In this document: in pieces, positions 1-8,207 of the stretch
Numbering within the stretch: position 1 is the first letter of the stretch
Layout of the letters: the number at the start of each line of letters is the position of its first letter
Origin: an uncultured Nitrososphaerota archaeon
Lineage (GTDB): Archaea; Thermoproteota; EX4484-205; JAAOZO01
Length of the DNA: 64,000 bases
Reading direction: 5' to 3'
Assembly: GCA_964408285.1 (NCBI GenBank)
Contig: CAYOYV010000008.1
Coordinates: forward strand, 1-64,000
The notes under the pieces: generated by a model
Told to the model about the DNA's origin: nothing
Databases searched by the model: none
What the model saw: only the letters and a program-made list of their open reading frames with translations
Program-made: the position numbers and the translations under genes

Positions 1-71
1 TGGGCCAGTTTAAGGAAAGGCGGAATCAAGAGAGGAGAGATAGAAGGAGAGCGCAGCGCGCGCGCTAAACG

Positions 72-183
72 TGCGGTGGGCGGGAAATTCCGTCACATCA
101 ATGACTTTTGAACCCGCGTGGCGACCGCGCTGCTTTTTGTACAATGGCAGGGTCGTATCCTAACCAGTCTAGATTACCACCGC
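72..183 (-). tRNA. tRNA-Gly(GCC) with two introns (37/38: 128-144; 59/60: 86-106)
   Basis: Reverse strand GCGGTGG...CCACCGC-A acceptor stem; anticodon arm CGACC-CTGCCA|C-GGTCG; T arm GCGGG-TTCAAA|T-CCCGC; both insertions sit in BHB-like motifs (CTGC/GCAG; TTCA/GGAA). Confidence 0.92.
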
Positions 184-312
184 CGCACTTAATCGAAGGA
201 ATGAACTTTTTATCTCTTTCCGGCTCGCCTTGGAATTCTATATGTGCCGCAAATGCTAAAGAACAACAGTTTCATGTGCTACGGGACGGCCAAGTGTGAA
301 TATGAACGATAG

Positions 313-1380
313 GTGACAGTCATGGACAAAGTCGAAAGAGTCTATCGGGCGTTGAGCATTCAGGAACCTGATAAGCTTCCGAAGGGAGAGCTACAAATAC
401 ATGATGAACTAGTCTCTGCACTTCTAGGAGAGCCCATCCAAGAGTCGTTCGAGGCCCATGTCAAAGTCCGCAACCTGCTTAACATCGACATAGTGAACCT
501 TGGATTGGAAGGTGGGCCAGAAACAAAGCGAATAGGAACAACGATTGAGGGCTACCCCATGTATCGAGATTGGATCGGGAATGAATGGGTGGAAAGTGGA
601 AAGACAAGACGCTATATGAAGACCGCCTTTTCCTCAGAGGAAGATCTAGAGCGTTTCGAGGAACCGGACATATCTTTGTTTCGGACCTCGGCCATTAAAC
701 AGTGGTCAGAAAAGACCGACTTCTGCGTGTTCGCTCAAGTCGGTGGTGTATTCGACTCGATCTACCCGTTGATGGGCCTGAACAACTATGTGAAAGCGCT
801 CTATCAGTACCCAAATGCCCTCATCCACCTAATCGAGGAAGTCCACAAATTCAACCTGCAGGTAATAAGACTGTATTCTGAGGCCGGGGCGCACGTGATA
901 CTGGTTGGAGACGATATCGCCTATGACAGCGGTCCATTCATTTCACCACAGGATCTCAGGAAGTATGTTTTTCCATATCTAGCAGGGGAGGCGGAGGCTG
1001 CTCATCGTTTAAAGCTCCCTGCAATATTACACTCGGACGGCAACATTACATTGCTGATGGACGACATAATCGAAGCCGGGTTCAATGGCCTGCATAGTCT
1101 TCAGCCAAGCTCAGGGGTGGATATAGTGAAGATCAAGAAGCACTGGGGACAACGAATATGTTTGATGGGCAACGTGGATCTGGATTCTCTGTTGACGCTG
1201 GGAAGGCCCGAGGAAGTGGAAGCAGAAGTAAAGCGGCTCATACAGGAGGTAGCCCCGGGTGGAGGCTACATTCTAAGTACCACGAACGTCCTTACAAGAT
1301 ATACCCCACCCGAAAACGCCTTGGCCATGTACAGAACCGCAGAGAAATACGGAAGATATCCAGTCAAGATTCAACAATAA
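313..1380 (+). CDS. Uroporphyrinogen decarboxylase family / MtaA-CmuA-like (MT2) methyltransferase
   Basis: GDDIAY...GPFISP, LHSDGN, CLMGNVD, GGGYILS motifs typical of the URO-D/MT2 TIM barrel. Confidence 0.8.
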   Translation: MTVMDKVERVYRALSIQEPDKLPKGELQIHDELVSALLGEPIQESFEAHVKVRNLLNIDIVNLGLEGGPETKRIGTTIEGYPMYRDWIGNEWVESGKTRRYMKTAFSSEEDLERFEEPDISLFRTSAIKQWSEKTDFCVFAQVGGVFDSIYPLMGLNNYVKALYQYPNALIHLIEEVHKFNLQVIRLYSEAGAHVILVGDDIAYDSGPFISPQDLRKYVFPYLAGEAEAAHRLKLPAILHSDGNITLLMDDIIEAGFNGLHSLQPSSGVDIVKIKKHWGQRICLMGNVDLDSLLTLGRPEEVEAEVKRLIQEVAPGGGYILSTTNVLTRYTPPENALAMYRTAEKYGRYPVKIQQ

Positions 1381-1445
1381 CAATGAATACAGAAAGTGAT
1401 GGTTCGCGAAAAGAAAATAAACCTCTTGAATCAATAGAATAACGC

Positions 1446-1533
1446 GGTCTGGTAGCTCAACCTGGGAGAGCGCTCGGCTGAAGGGACGAACGCCGAAACC
1501 GAGTTGTTGCTGGTTCAAATCCGGCCCAGACCA
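1446..1533 (+). tRNA. tRNA-Phe(GAA) with canonical 37/38 intron (1484-1497)
   Basis: GGTCTGG/CCAGACC acceptor stem, CTCGG-CTGAAG|A-CCGAG anticodon arm, GCTGG-TTCAAAT-CCGGC T arm. Confidence 0.93.
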
Positions 1534-1648
1534 CTTAAATCAATGTCTAAGGAAGAGCTACTTCCATCATAGATAGACTCCATGGCGTCATTGCATAGCA
1601 ATAAGATCTAATACCTAGTGTCCATAAGACCAGAAGGTTACGGGCGCT

Positions 1649-2068
1649 CTACTCCCACTGCTTCTTTACCCATTCTGCCACCCCGGCTCTTTGAATTTCC
1701 CTAAGGGTCTGCACCTTTTCTTCAGGGAAGGGCCATTTGCCCCATGTTTTGCATGGAAACTCTCCGCATTCGAAACAAAACGATATTCCCTTGTTCTCGC
1801 AGCGTTTCCTTACTGGGCAGTCCTTCCATCCGGAACCGGCTTTGCAGCAGTAAGCGCAGAACCCGGATTGTGAGAGCCATTCCAATCCGGCAACGAAATT
1901 GTCGGCATCGGCTTTCTCCATTATCCAACCCTTAAGCTCAGGGCGGGTCTTTATCAATCGTAGCAGCTGATCTGCTGGCTCCTTTATTCTTCCGGCATAC
2001 CAATCACATTTATGACAATATTCCCCGCAATAGCCCACAGCCTTTCTCCTCTCCTCCTCGTATTTCAT
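1649..2068 (-). CDS. Cys-rich DUF3795-like protein
   Basis: N-terminal CGxxCxxC, then CxxCK...C...C...CFECGEFPC. Confidence 0.7.
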   Translation of the reverse strand: MKYEEERRKAVGYCGEYCHKCDWYAGRIKEPADQLLRLIKTRPELKGWIMEKADADNFVAGLEWLSQSGFCAYCCKAGSGWKDCPVRKRCENKGISFCFECGEFPCKTWGKWPFPEEKVQTLREIQRAGVAEWVKKQWE

Positions 2069-2160
2069 TGGACCGTTTCCGGATTTTTGCAGGAAATTAT
2101 TATGTCTTGCTAACTGATGACGCCTAGCTCATGGCTCTATTCTCATGCTTCTGCAACGGT

Positions 2161-2850
2161 TCACATTGTCCTGATTATCTGTGGCACTTCCGTCAAGCTC
2201 CTCACCCTAATCGCGGACCTGTCGGCATTCTTGCCACTCCGATCAACTAGAATGGCCTTGAATCCTGACGCAGTCGCACCAAGATAGTCAGCGTCGAAGT
2301 CGTCGCCAATGTGCACTATTCTTCCCGGATCAACGCCGATTGCCCTCGATGCCCAGAGGAACAAGCCCTTGTTTGGTTTTTCGAATCCTACGGAGCCAGA
2401 CGCAGCGAGCAACGCGAAGTATGTGTTCAAATTCACTTTAGAGAGGTATGTTGAGAGGCTTTTCAATGAGGTCACATTTGATATTACAATAAGCCTGTAT
2501 CCCCTTCGCCGTAAATCCTCTATGGCCGGCTCCACGTCTTCATAAGCCTTCAATCCGGCTCTGTCGAGCCACAGTTCGTCGACGCGCTTGACTAAGTCCG
2601 GTGTACCCTCGATCTTCAAATACATAGCGACATGCTGTATATACTTCTCCAAGACGTTTGAATTCCATATAATGCCTTGTTTCTTTTGCTCTTTCCACCA
2701 ATCCTTGGCTTTCTGTATGGCTGATTCGACTTCATTGATGTCAACTTCGATACCCAATGTTTCGAAGATCTCGTGATATACAACGTATTCTTTCCTAGTT
2801 TCATAAACGAGGGTTCCTCCGAAATCAAAGGACACGATCTCTAGTGCCAT
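2161..2850 (-). CDS. HAD-superfamily hydrolase
   Basis: FDFGGTL motif I, ISN, EKP, HIGDD...D. Confidence 0.85.
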   Translation of the reverse strand: MALEIVSFDFGGTLVYETRKEYVVYHEIFETLGIEVDINEVESAIQKAKDWWKEQKKQGIIWNSNVLEKYIQHVAMYLKIEGTPDLVKRVDELWLDRAGLKAYEDVEPAIEDLRRRGYRLIVISNVTSLKSLSTYLSKVNLNTYFALLAASGSVGFEKPNKGLFLWASRAIGVDPGRIVHIGDDFDADYLGATASGFKAILVDRSGKNADRSAIRVRSLTEVPQIIRTM

Positions 2851-3210
2851 TCCGGCTTCCTACAGAGACGTCTCTTGATTATAGATTTGTTGGTAACGTG
2901 GTAAATCAGAAGGCCGCCTCGGATAATCGCGTAGAACTCCAAATCGCTTGATTAACAACCTCCTATTCCCTAACACGGCGCAGATCACATTGGGGAGAAC
3001 CTAGAGAACAAGAGAAAAGAAGCGGGCCTCTCCCATGAGAATGAGCGGCAATCGCGAAGGCGAATAGTGCCAAGAATTCTTGTAGCAAAGCACAATAACG
3101 CTTTTAAGTCAGTTGGGCGTCTGCCAGAGCGATCCGAGTCGGTGAAGCCTTATGTCGATTCTGAATTCACAACCCGCCTTCATTCCCTCTAATATCGAGG
3201 GGGACCATAT

Positions 3211-5673
3211 ATGAAAGTAGACTTTGGAAAAGTTGAGAAAAGGTGGCAGAAAAGATGGGAAAGAGCAAAGGCATTTCAGGTTAGGGAAGATCCCAAGAAG
3301 AAAAAACTATACGTCCTTGAAATGTATCCGTACCCTTCTGCAAGTTACCTCCACGTAGGGCATGTCAGAAACTACACAATAGGAGACGTGTATGCTCGGT
3401 TCAAGAGGATGCAAGGGCTTAACGTTCTTTATCCAATGGGATACGATTCATTTGGATTACCTGCGGAAACGGCCGCAAAGACGGAAGGGATCCACCCGAA
3501 GAAATATACTATAAAGGCTATCAAGAAAATCATGGAGTATCAAAAAGCCCTAGGAAACAGCTATGACTGGAGCAGGGTGATTGCCAGTCACGATCCAAAC
3601 TACTATAAGTGGAACCAATACTTCTTTCTAAAGCTATTCGAGAAAAACCTGGCGTACAGGAAAAAGGCACCCGTGAACTGGTGTGAGACCTGCACTTCGG
3701 TCCTAGCGAACGAGGAAGCAGCAGGCGGTAGGTGCTGGAGGTGTGAGGGAGAGGTGATCAAGAAAGAGACAGAGCAGTGGTTTCTCAAAATCACCGATTA
3801 CGCAGACAGACTGCTCGAGGACCTAGACAAGATAGACTGGCCAGAAAGGATAAAAGTGATGCAGAGAAACTGGATTGGAAAAAGCTACGGGACGGAGATC
3901 GATTTCAGAATAGGAGAGGAAACTTGGCCCATCTTCACAACCAGGCCGGATACGATTTATGGAGTCACCTTCATGGTCATCTCGGCTCAGCACCCAAGGC
4001 TCTTGAAGCTAACTGACGATGAGCACAAGAAAGAGGTAGAATCTTTTGTAAAGAGATGCCAGAAAGCAAGAACCGAAGAAGAAATAGAAAGTCTCGAGAA
4101 GGAAGGCGTCTTCATAGGAAGATATGCTACAAATCCGTTGTCAGGCGAAAAGGCTCCTGTCTACGCTGGCAATTTCGTCATTGCGGAATATGGAAGTGGC
4201 ATGGTTATGGGCGTTCCTGCCCACGACCAAAGGGACCTCGAATTCGCGAAGAAATACAACCTTCCCATCAAAGTCGTAATTCGGCCCAAGGACAGGCAAA
4301 TAGACGAAAAGAGCATGAAAGAAGCCTACGTTGAAGAGGGAGTTCTTGTCAATTCGGACAGATTTAGTGGAATCGGTAGTAAGATCGCAATCGATGAAAT
4401 CACGGCATACCTGCAAAGTAAGGGTCTCGGCAGAAAAGCCATCAACTACAAGATAAGAGACTGGATGATCTCGAGGCAGAGATATTGGGGAACGCCGATA
4501 CCGATCGTATACTGTGAAGAGTGCGGAATGGTGCCCGTTCCTGAAAAGGATCTGCCCGTCTTACTTCCTGAAAAGGTCCATTTTACATCGACTGGAAATC
4601 CCCTATCGCATAACAAGAAGTTCCTCAACGTGAAGTGCCCCAAGTGCGGTGGGCTGGGGAGAAGAGAAACGGACACGATGGGTGGCTTCGTCGATTCCTC
4701 CTGGTATTTCTTGAGATATTGCGATAATAAGAACAAGAAGAGACCCTTTGCTCCAGCCAAAGTCAATTACTGGATGCCGGTGGATCAATATATCGGCGGC
4801 GCAGAGCATGCCGTGATGCATTTAATCTATGCCAGATTTTTCGCAAAAGCCCTCAAGGATCTAGGGTTCATCGATTTCGATGAGCCGTTTATGAGGCTGT
4901 TCAACCATGGCATAGTTCATAAGGGCGGAGTCAGAATGAGCAAGAGCAAGGGAAACGCTGTCTACCAGACGGTGATATCAAACAAGTATGGGACAGATAC
5001 GTTGAGGCTGTTCCTCATGTCGGTTGCCTCTCCTGATAAGCCAATGGAATGGAGCGACGAGGGAGTTGAGGGGAGCTTCAGGGTTGTCACCAAACTCGTA
5101 AGACTGAAGGACAAGATAGGCGCATCGGACAAAAGACAAGATAGCAAGATAAACGTCGCGATTAAGGAGGTCACCGAAAACATAGAGAGCTTTCAATATC
5201 CAAAGGCAATATCATCAATTATCGATTGCATCAATAACTTCTCAGAGCATGTTTCGAAAGACAATTACGGAACGTTGCTAAGATTACTCGCACCGTTTTG
5301 CCCACATATAGCCGAGGAGTTGTGGGAAGAAATTGGAAACAAGCGACTCATAAGCCTAGCAAGATGGCCTGTAGCAGATGAGAGTAAGATCGATGTGACG
5401 TTTGAAAAACAAGAAAAGGCAGTCGAGGAGCTTCTGAAGGACATAAACAACGTCGCCAAACTAATCAGGGAGAAGCAGAACAGGAAACCCAGAAACGTGT
5501 ACGTCTACGTCCTTCCTCAGGAAATTGACTTCTATGGAGGGGTATCTGCGCTGATGAAGAGAAGAACAGAACTCAACGTTCAATTCTTCGCTGTAAACGA
5601 CAAAATGCGATATGACCCTGAAAAAAGGGCCGCAAGGGCTAAACCAGGCAAGCCGGGGATCTACCTAGAATGA
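3211..5673 (+). CDS. leuS: Leucine--tRNA ligase (bacterial-type core, archaeal-type C-terminus)
   Basis: MYPYPSASYLHVGH (HIGH), GYDSFGLPAE, FTTRPDT editing domain, DWMISRQRYWGTPIP, GGAEHA, RMSKS (KMSKS). Confidence 0.96.
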   Translation: MKVDFGKVEKRWQKRWERAKAFQVREDPKKKKLYVLEMYPYPSASYLHVGHVRNYTIGDVYARFKRMQGLNVLYPMGYDSFGLPAETAAKTEGIHPKKYTIKAIKKIMEYQKALGNSYDWSRVIASHDPNYYKWNQYFFLKLFEKNLAYRKKAPVNWCETCTSVLANEEAAGGRCWRCEGEVIKKETEQWFLKITDYADRLLEDLDKIDWPERIKVMQRNWIGKSYGTEIDFRIGEETWPIFTTRPDTIYGVTFMVISAQHPRLLKLTDDEHKKEVESFVKRCQKARTEEEIESLEKEGVFIGRYATNPLSGEKAPVYAGNFVIAEYGSGMVMGVPAHDQRDLEFAKKYNLPIKVVIRPKDRQIDEKSMKEAYVEEGVLVNSDRFSGIGSKIAIDEITAYLQSKGLGRKAINYKIRDWMISRQRYWGTPIPIVYCEECGMVPVPEKDLPVLLPEKVHFTSTGNPLSHNKKFLNVKCPKCGGLGRRETDTMGGFVDSSWYFLRYCDNKNKKRPFAPAKVNYWMPVDQYIGGAEHAVMHLIYARFFAKALKDLGFIDFDEPFMRLFNHGIVHKGGVRMSKSKGNAVYQTVISNKYGTDTLRLFLMSVASPDKPMEWSDEGVEGSFRVVTKLVRLKDKIGASDKRQDSKINVAIKEVTENIESFQYPKAISSIIDCINNFSEHVSKDNYGTLLRLLAPFCPHIAEELWEEIGNKRLISLARWPVADESKIDVTFEKQEKAVEELLKDINNVAKLIREKQNRKPRNVYVYVLPQEIDFYGGVSALMKRRTELNVQFFAVNDKMRYDPEKRAARAKPGKPGIYLE

Positions 5674-5808
5674 TGGGGTGGCCCATTTTTATCCGCCGCT
5701 TCCAACTGGAGCTCCAAACAGGAGAAACCTTGAGAAAATAACAGGGCCCTGATACGCATGCGAATATACGGAACAGATTTTTTAACCCATTGGAGTCCAT
5801 GGTTTATC

Positions 5809-5911
5809 GGGCCCGTTGCCTAGAGCCAACAGTGGGCAATCAGGATAAGGCGTCGGCTTTCTAATCACCGAAAAGAGCCGGAGATCGAGGGTTCAAATCC
5901 CTCCGGGCCCG
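5809..5911 (+). tRNA. tRNA-Arg(TCT) with two introns (15/16: 5824-5839; 37/38: 5864-5875)
   Basis: GGGCCCG/CGGGCCC acceptor stem, GAGGG-TTCAAAT-CCCTC T arm; BHB central helices GCCT/GGGC and TTTC/GAAA. Confidence 0.92.
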
Positions 5912-6020
5912 CTTTAGTGACCTTTTTTACAAACCTCTTCTTGAGTGATGGCAGAAAACATATCTGGTGCAAGGTTCGCGATTTGGATGGGTATAGATCG
6001 ACTGTGTCAGGGGCATTTGA

Positions 6021-6992
6021 ATGTGCTGTCTGAGTGGCGTTGCTCACCAGTCGCTTCGTAAATCCTCCTCGTTTGGTCAAAACATATTATGTCGGAGTGC
6101 GGACTCCTATTCATTGAAACTCCATCTATCACCGAAAGTGGAGAGCGCGCTCCGGAAAGCTATCTATCAAGACGATGTGGAGGGTTTCGGTAGGCTAGCG
6201 TCTCCGCTTAACTGGGGGCGGCCCTCTTGGTCAGCGTCTCACTTATTGGTCGAGGTTAACGATGGAAATCCAAAGAAGCTACGGTTTTGGGCTAGAGCTT
6301 TGTCCGCCCACAATGACCCCTACGTTAGAAGGTACGCTCCAATACTGTTTCTTAACCTGTGGAGAGACGACAGGGAAAGGTCCAAGAGAGTTCTTACCGC
6401 TCTGGCAAACGACCAACATTGGCTTGTTCGGGAAGTCGCACACGGAGTCTGGGGAGAGCTCTTGAAGTTGCACTTCAAAGAGATCTCTCAAATGTTTCGG
6501 AAATGGAACAATCATCCCTCGGCGAACCTCAGGAGATGCGTAGTCCACGCAGTCCGTGATGCCGGAAATCTGAGAAAGAAGGAATGGGCAGAAACGCTTG
6601 TGCACCTACTTGAGCCTCTCCTTTGCGATAAGACCAATTATGTGAGGAAGAACCTTGGACCATACGCAATAGGGGACGGCTTGCTGCGTTGCTATCCGGC
6701 TTTGGCCATAAAGCACTTGCGCAGGTGGGCTCAGAGAACGGATGAAGCAACACGTTGGAATGTAGCGATGTCCTTTGCGTCTTATGGTGGTAACAAAAAC
6801 TGGCGAATAGGTTTGAGCATCTTGACGCAACTTGCCACAGATGAAAGACGGTACGTATGGCGATCAGTGGCCTCAGCAATGCTGTACTTGGCCCGCCGTC
6901 ACCCTGAAGTCAGAAGCACCCTCAACAACTGGCTGAGCGACTCGAAAAGGGCTAAAGCGGCTGAGATCGCACTCAGATATCTACGCACGTGA
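6021..6992 (+). CDS. HEAT-repeat / DNA alkylation repair (AlkD-like) protein; true start probably downstream (~6114-6138)
   Basis: Repeated helical units such as D-x-x-x-VR (NDQHWLVRE, DKTNYVRKN, DERRYVWRSVA). Confidence 0.65.
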   Translation: MCCLSGVAHQSLRKSSSFGQNILCRSADSYSLKLHLSPKVESALRKAIYQDDVEGFGRLASPLNWGRPSWSASHLLVEVNDGNPKKLRFWARALSAHNDPYVRRYAPILFLNLWRDDRERSKRVLTALANDQHWLVREVAHGVWGELLKLHFKEISQMFRKWNNHPSANLRRCVVHAVRDAGNLRKKEWAETLVHLLEPLLCDKTNYVRKNLGPYAIGDGLLRCYPALAIKHLRRWAQRTDEATRWNVAMSFASYGGNKNWRIGLSILTQLATDERRYVWRSVASAMLYLARRHPEVRSTLNNWLSDSKRAKAAEIALRYLRT

Positions 6993-7083
6993 GGATGAAG
7001 CTGCCTCTACATGATCCTCGACAAGTAGCTCCTATCAAACTGATTTAAACCACGGAACTACTCTTCTTGGTGACTATCAAGGC

Positions 7084-8148
7084 ATGCGTAATCTTGAGGA
7101 AGGAAAAAGCATCAGGGAAGTTAGAGGGGTGGATATCCATCCGGCCGCTCTGTTCGGCAGAGCTCCTGAAACTGGATCACTCAGAGTAAGGGAGATCGCT
7201 CGTCTGGCCGCCGAGTGCAAACTGAACTTCTTACGTCCGTTTGTTGTTGGTGTCAATTGCGACGCCTCATACAATAGCAGAATACTTCCCACCAAGCTTT
7301 TCGAGGAGTGGGATCCTCTAGAAATCCTGATCGAAGAAGCACATGCTCGGGGCTTGGAAGTTCATCCCTTCGTCTGTGTAGTGCCACAAGGTGCTGACGA
7401 AATTGGTCTGACCCTGAGGAATCATCCGGAATGGGCCATGGTCGATAAAGAGGGAAAAACCATAGGATGGGGGAATCCCGCTCATCCCAAGTTCAGGGAA
7501 TTCGCGGTAAGCATCGTTGCAGAGATAGCAAAGAATTATGATGTTGATGGTATTAGCCTTGACTATCTCCGCTATCCTGACGCAAACGCAGATTATTCTG
7601 AATACAGCCGCAACAGCTTTAGGGAACGCTTTGATGCCGACCCTCTACAACTGACGGAAGAGACTCCGTTATTTGAGAAGTGGAACCAATGGCGAATAGC
7701 GCAAATCGAAACCCTTACAAGGGAAATCTACGGGACCGTCAGACGCGTTAGGGCAGATGCCGTTGTGTCCGCCTATGTCTGGACAGTCTTGGATCCCCAG
7801 ATCTGCCTAAGGGACTGGGAGGCCTGGCTTAGGAAAGGTTACTTAGACGCCATTAATCCAACAGGTTACGTCTATGACTTCTCGTCGTACATGCATCGGA
7901 TTAGGGCCTCCATCGCCGCGGCCCACAAAGCCGCCCCCGAAGTTCCGGCCTTCGTGAACATTGGGGTAAGCACCAGCCATGGAAGCCTGAAGGATGCGAT
8001 TCAAATCGTACAGTGGACACAGGGTGCCCGCGAGGCAGGAGCGGCCGGGGTCAGTTTCTTTACAATGGAGTCCCTGCTACCCTTCCTGAAAGAGGTCTCT
8101 CAGGCGCTTTTCAAAGGAAAAGCCAGTGTTCCACGTAGAGTGAATTAA
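7084..8148 (+). CDS. Glycoside hydrolase-like family 10 (GHL10/DUF187) protein
   Basis: DPLEILIEEAHARGLEVHP, YDVDGISLDYLRYP, DWEAWLRKGYLD. Confidence 0.8.
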   Translation: MRNLEEGKSIREVRGVDIHPAALFGRAPETGSLRVREIARLAAECKLNFLRPFVVGVNCDASYNSRILPTKLFEEWDPLEILIEEAHARGLEVHPFVCVVPQGADEIGLTLRNHPEWAMVDKEGKTIGWGNPAHPKFREFAVSIVAEIAKNYDVDGISLDYLRYPDANADYSEYSRNSFRERFDADPLQLTEETPLFEKWNQWRIAQIETLTREIYGTVRRVRADAVVSAYVWTVLDPQICLRDWEAWLRKGYLDAINPTGYVYDFSSYMHRIRASIAAAHKAAPEVPAFVNIGVSTSHGSLKDAIQIVQWTQGAREAGAAGVSFFTMESLLPFLKEVSQALFKGKASVPRRVN

Positions 8149-8207
8149 CCCACCAGTTCAGACCTTTTGCTATCACCGCGTACCGAGGCGCCTCAATCTT
8201 GTCGTGA

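Noticed and set aside
3-68. 3' end of a plus-strand gene at the window start
   Set aside because: Too short to assign a frame or product.
108-299. Short ORFs overlapping tRNA genes (also 1273-1518, 5865-6080, 22637-22909, 53900-54160)
   Set aside because: Explained by tRNA genes; no protein motifs.
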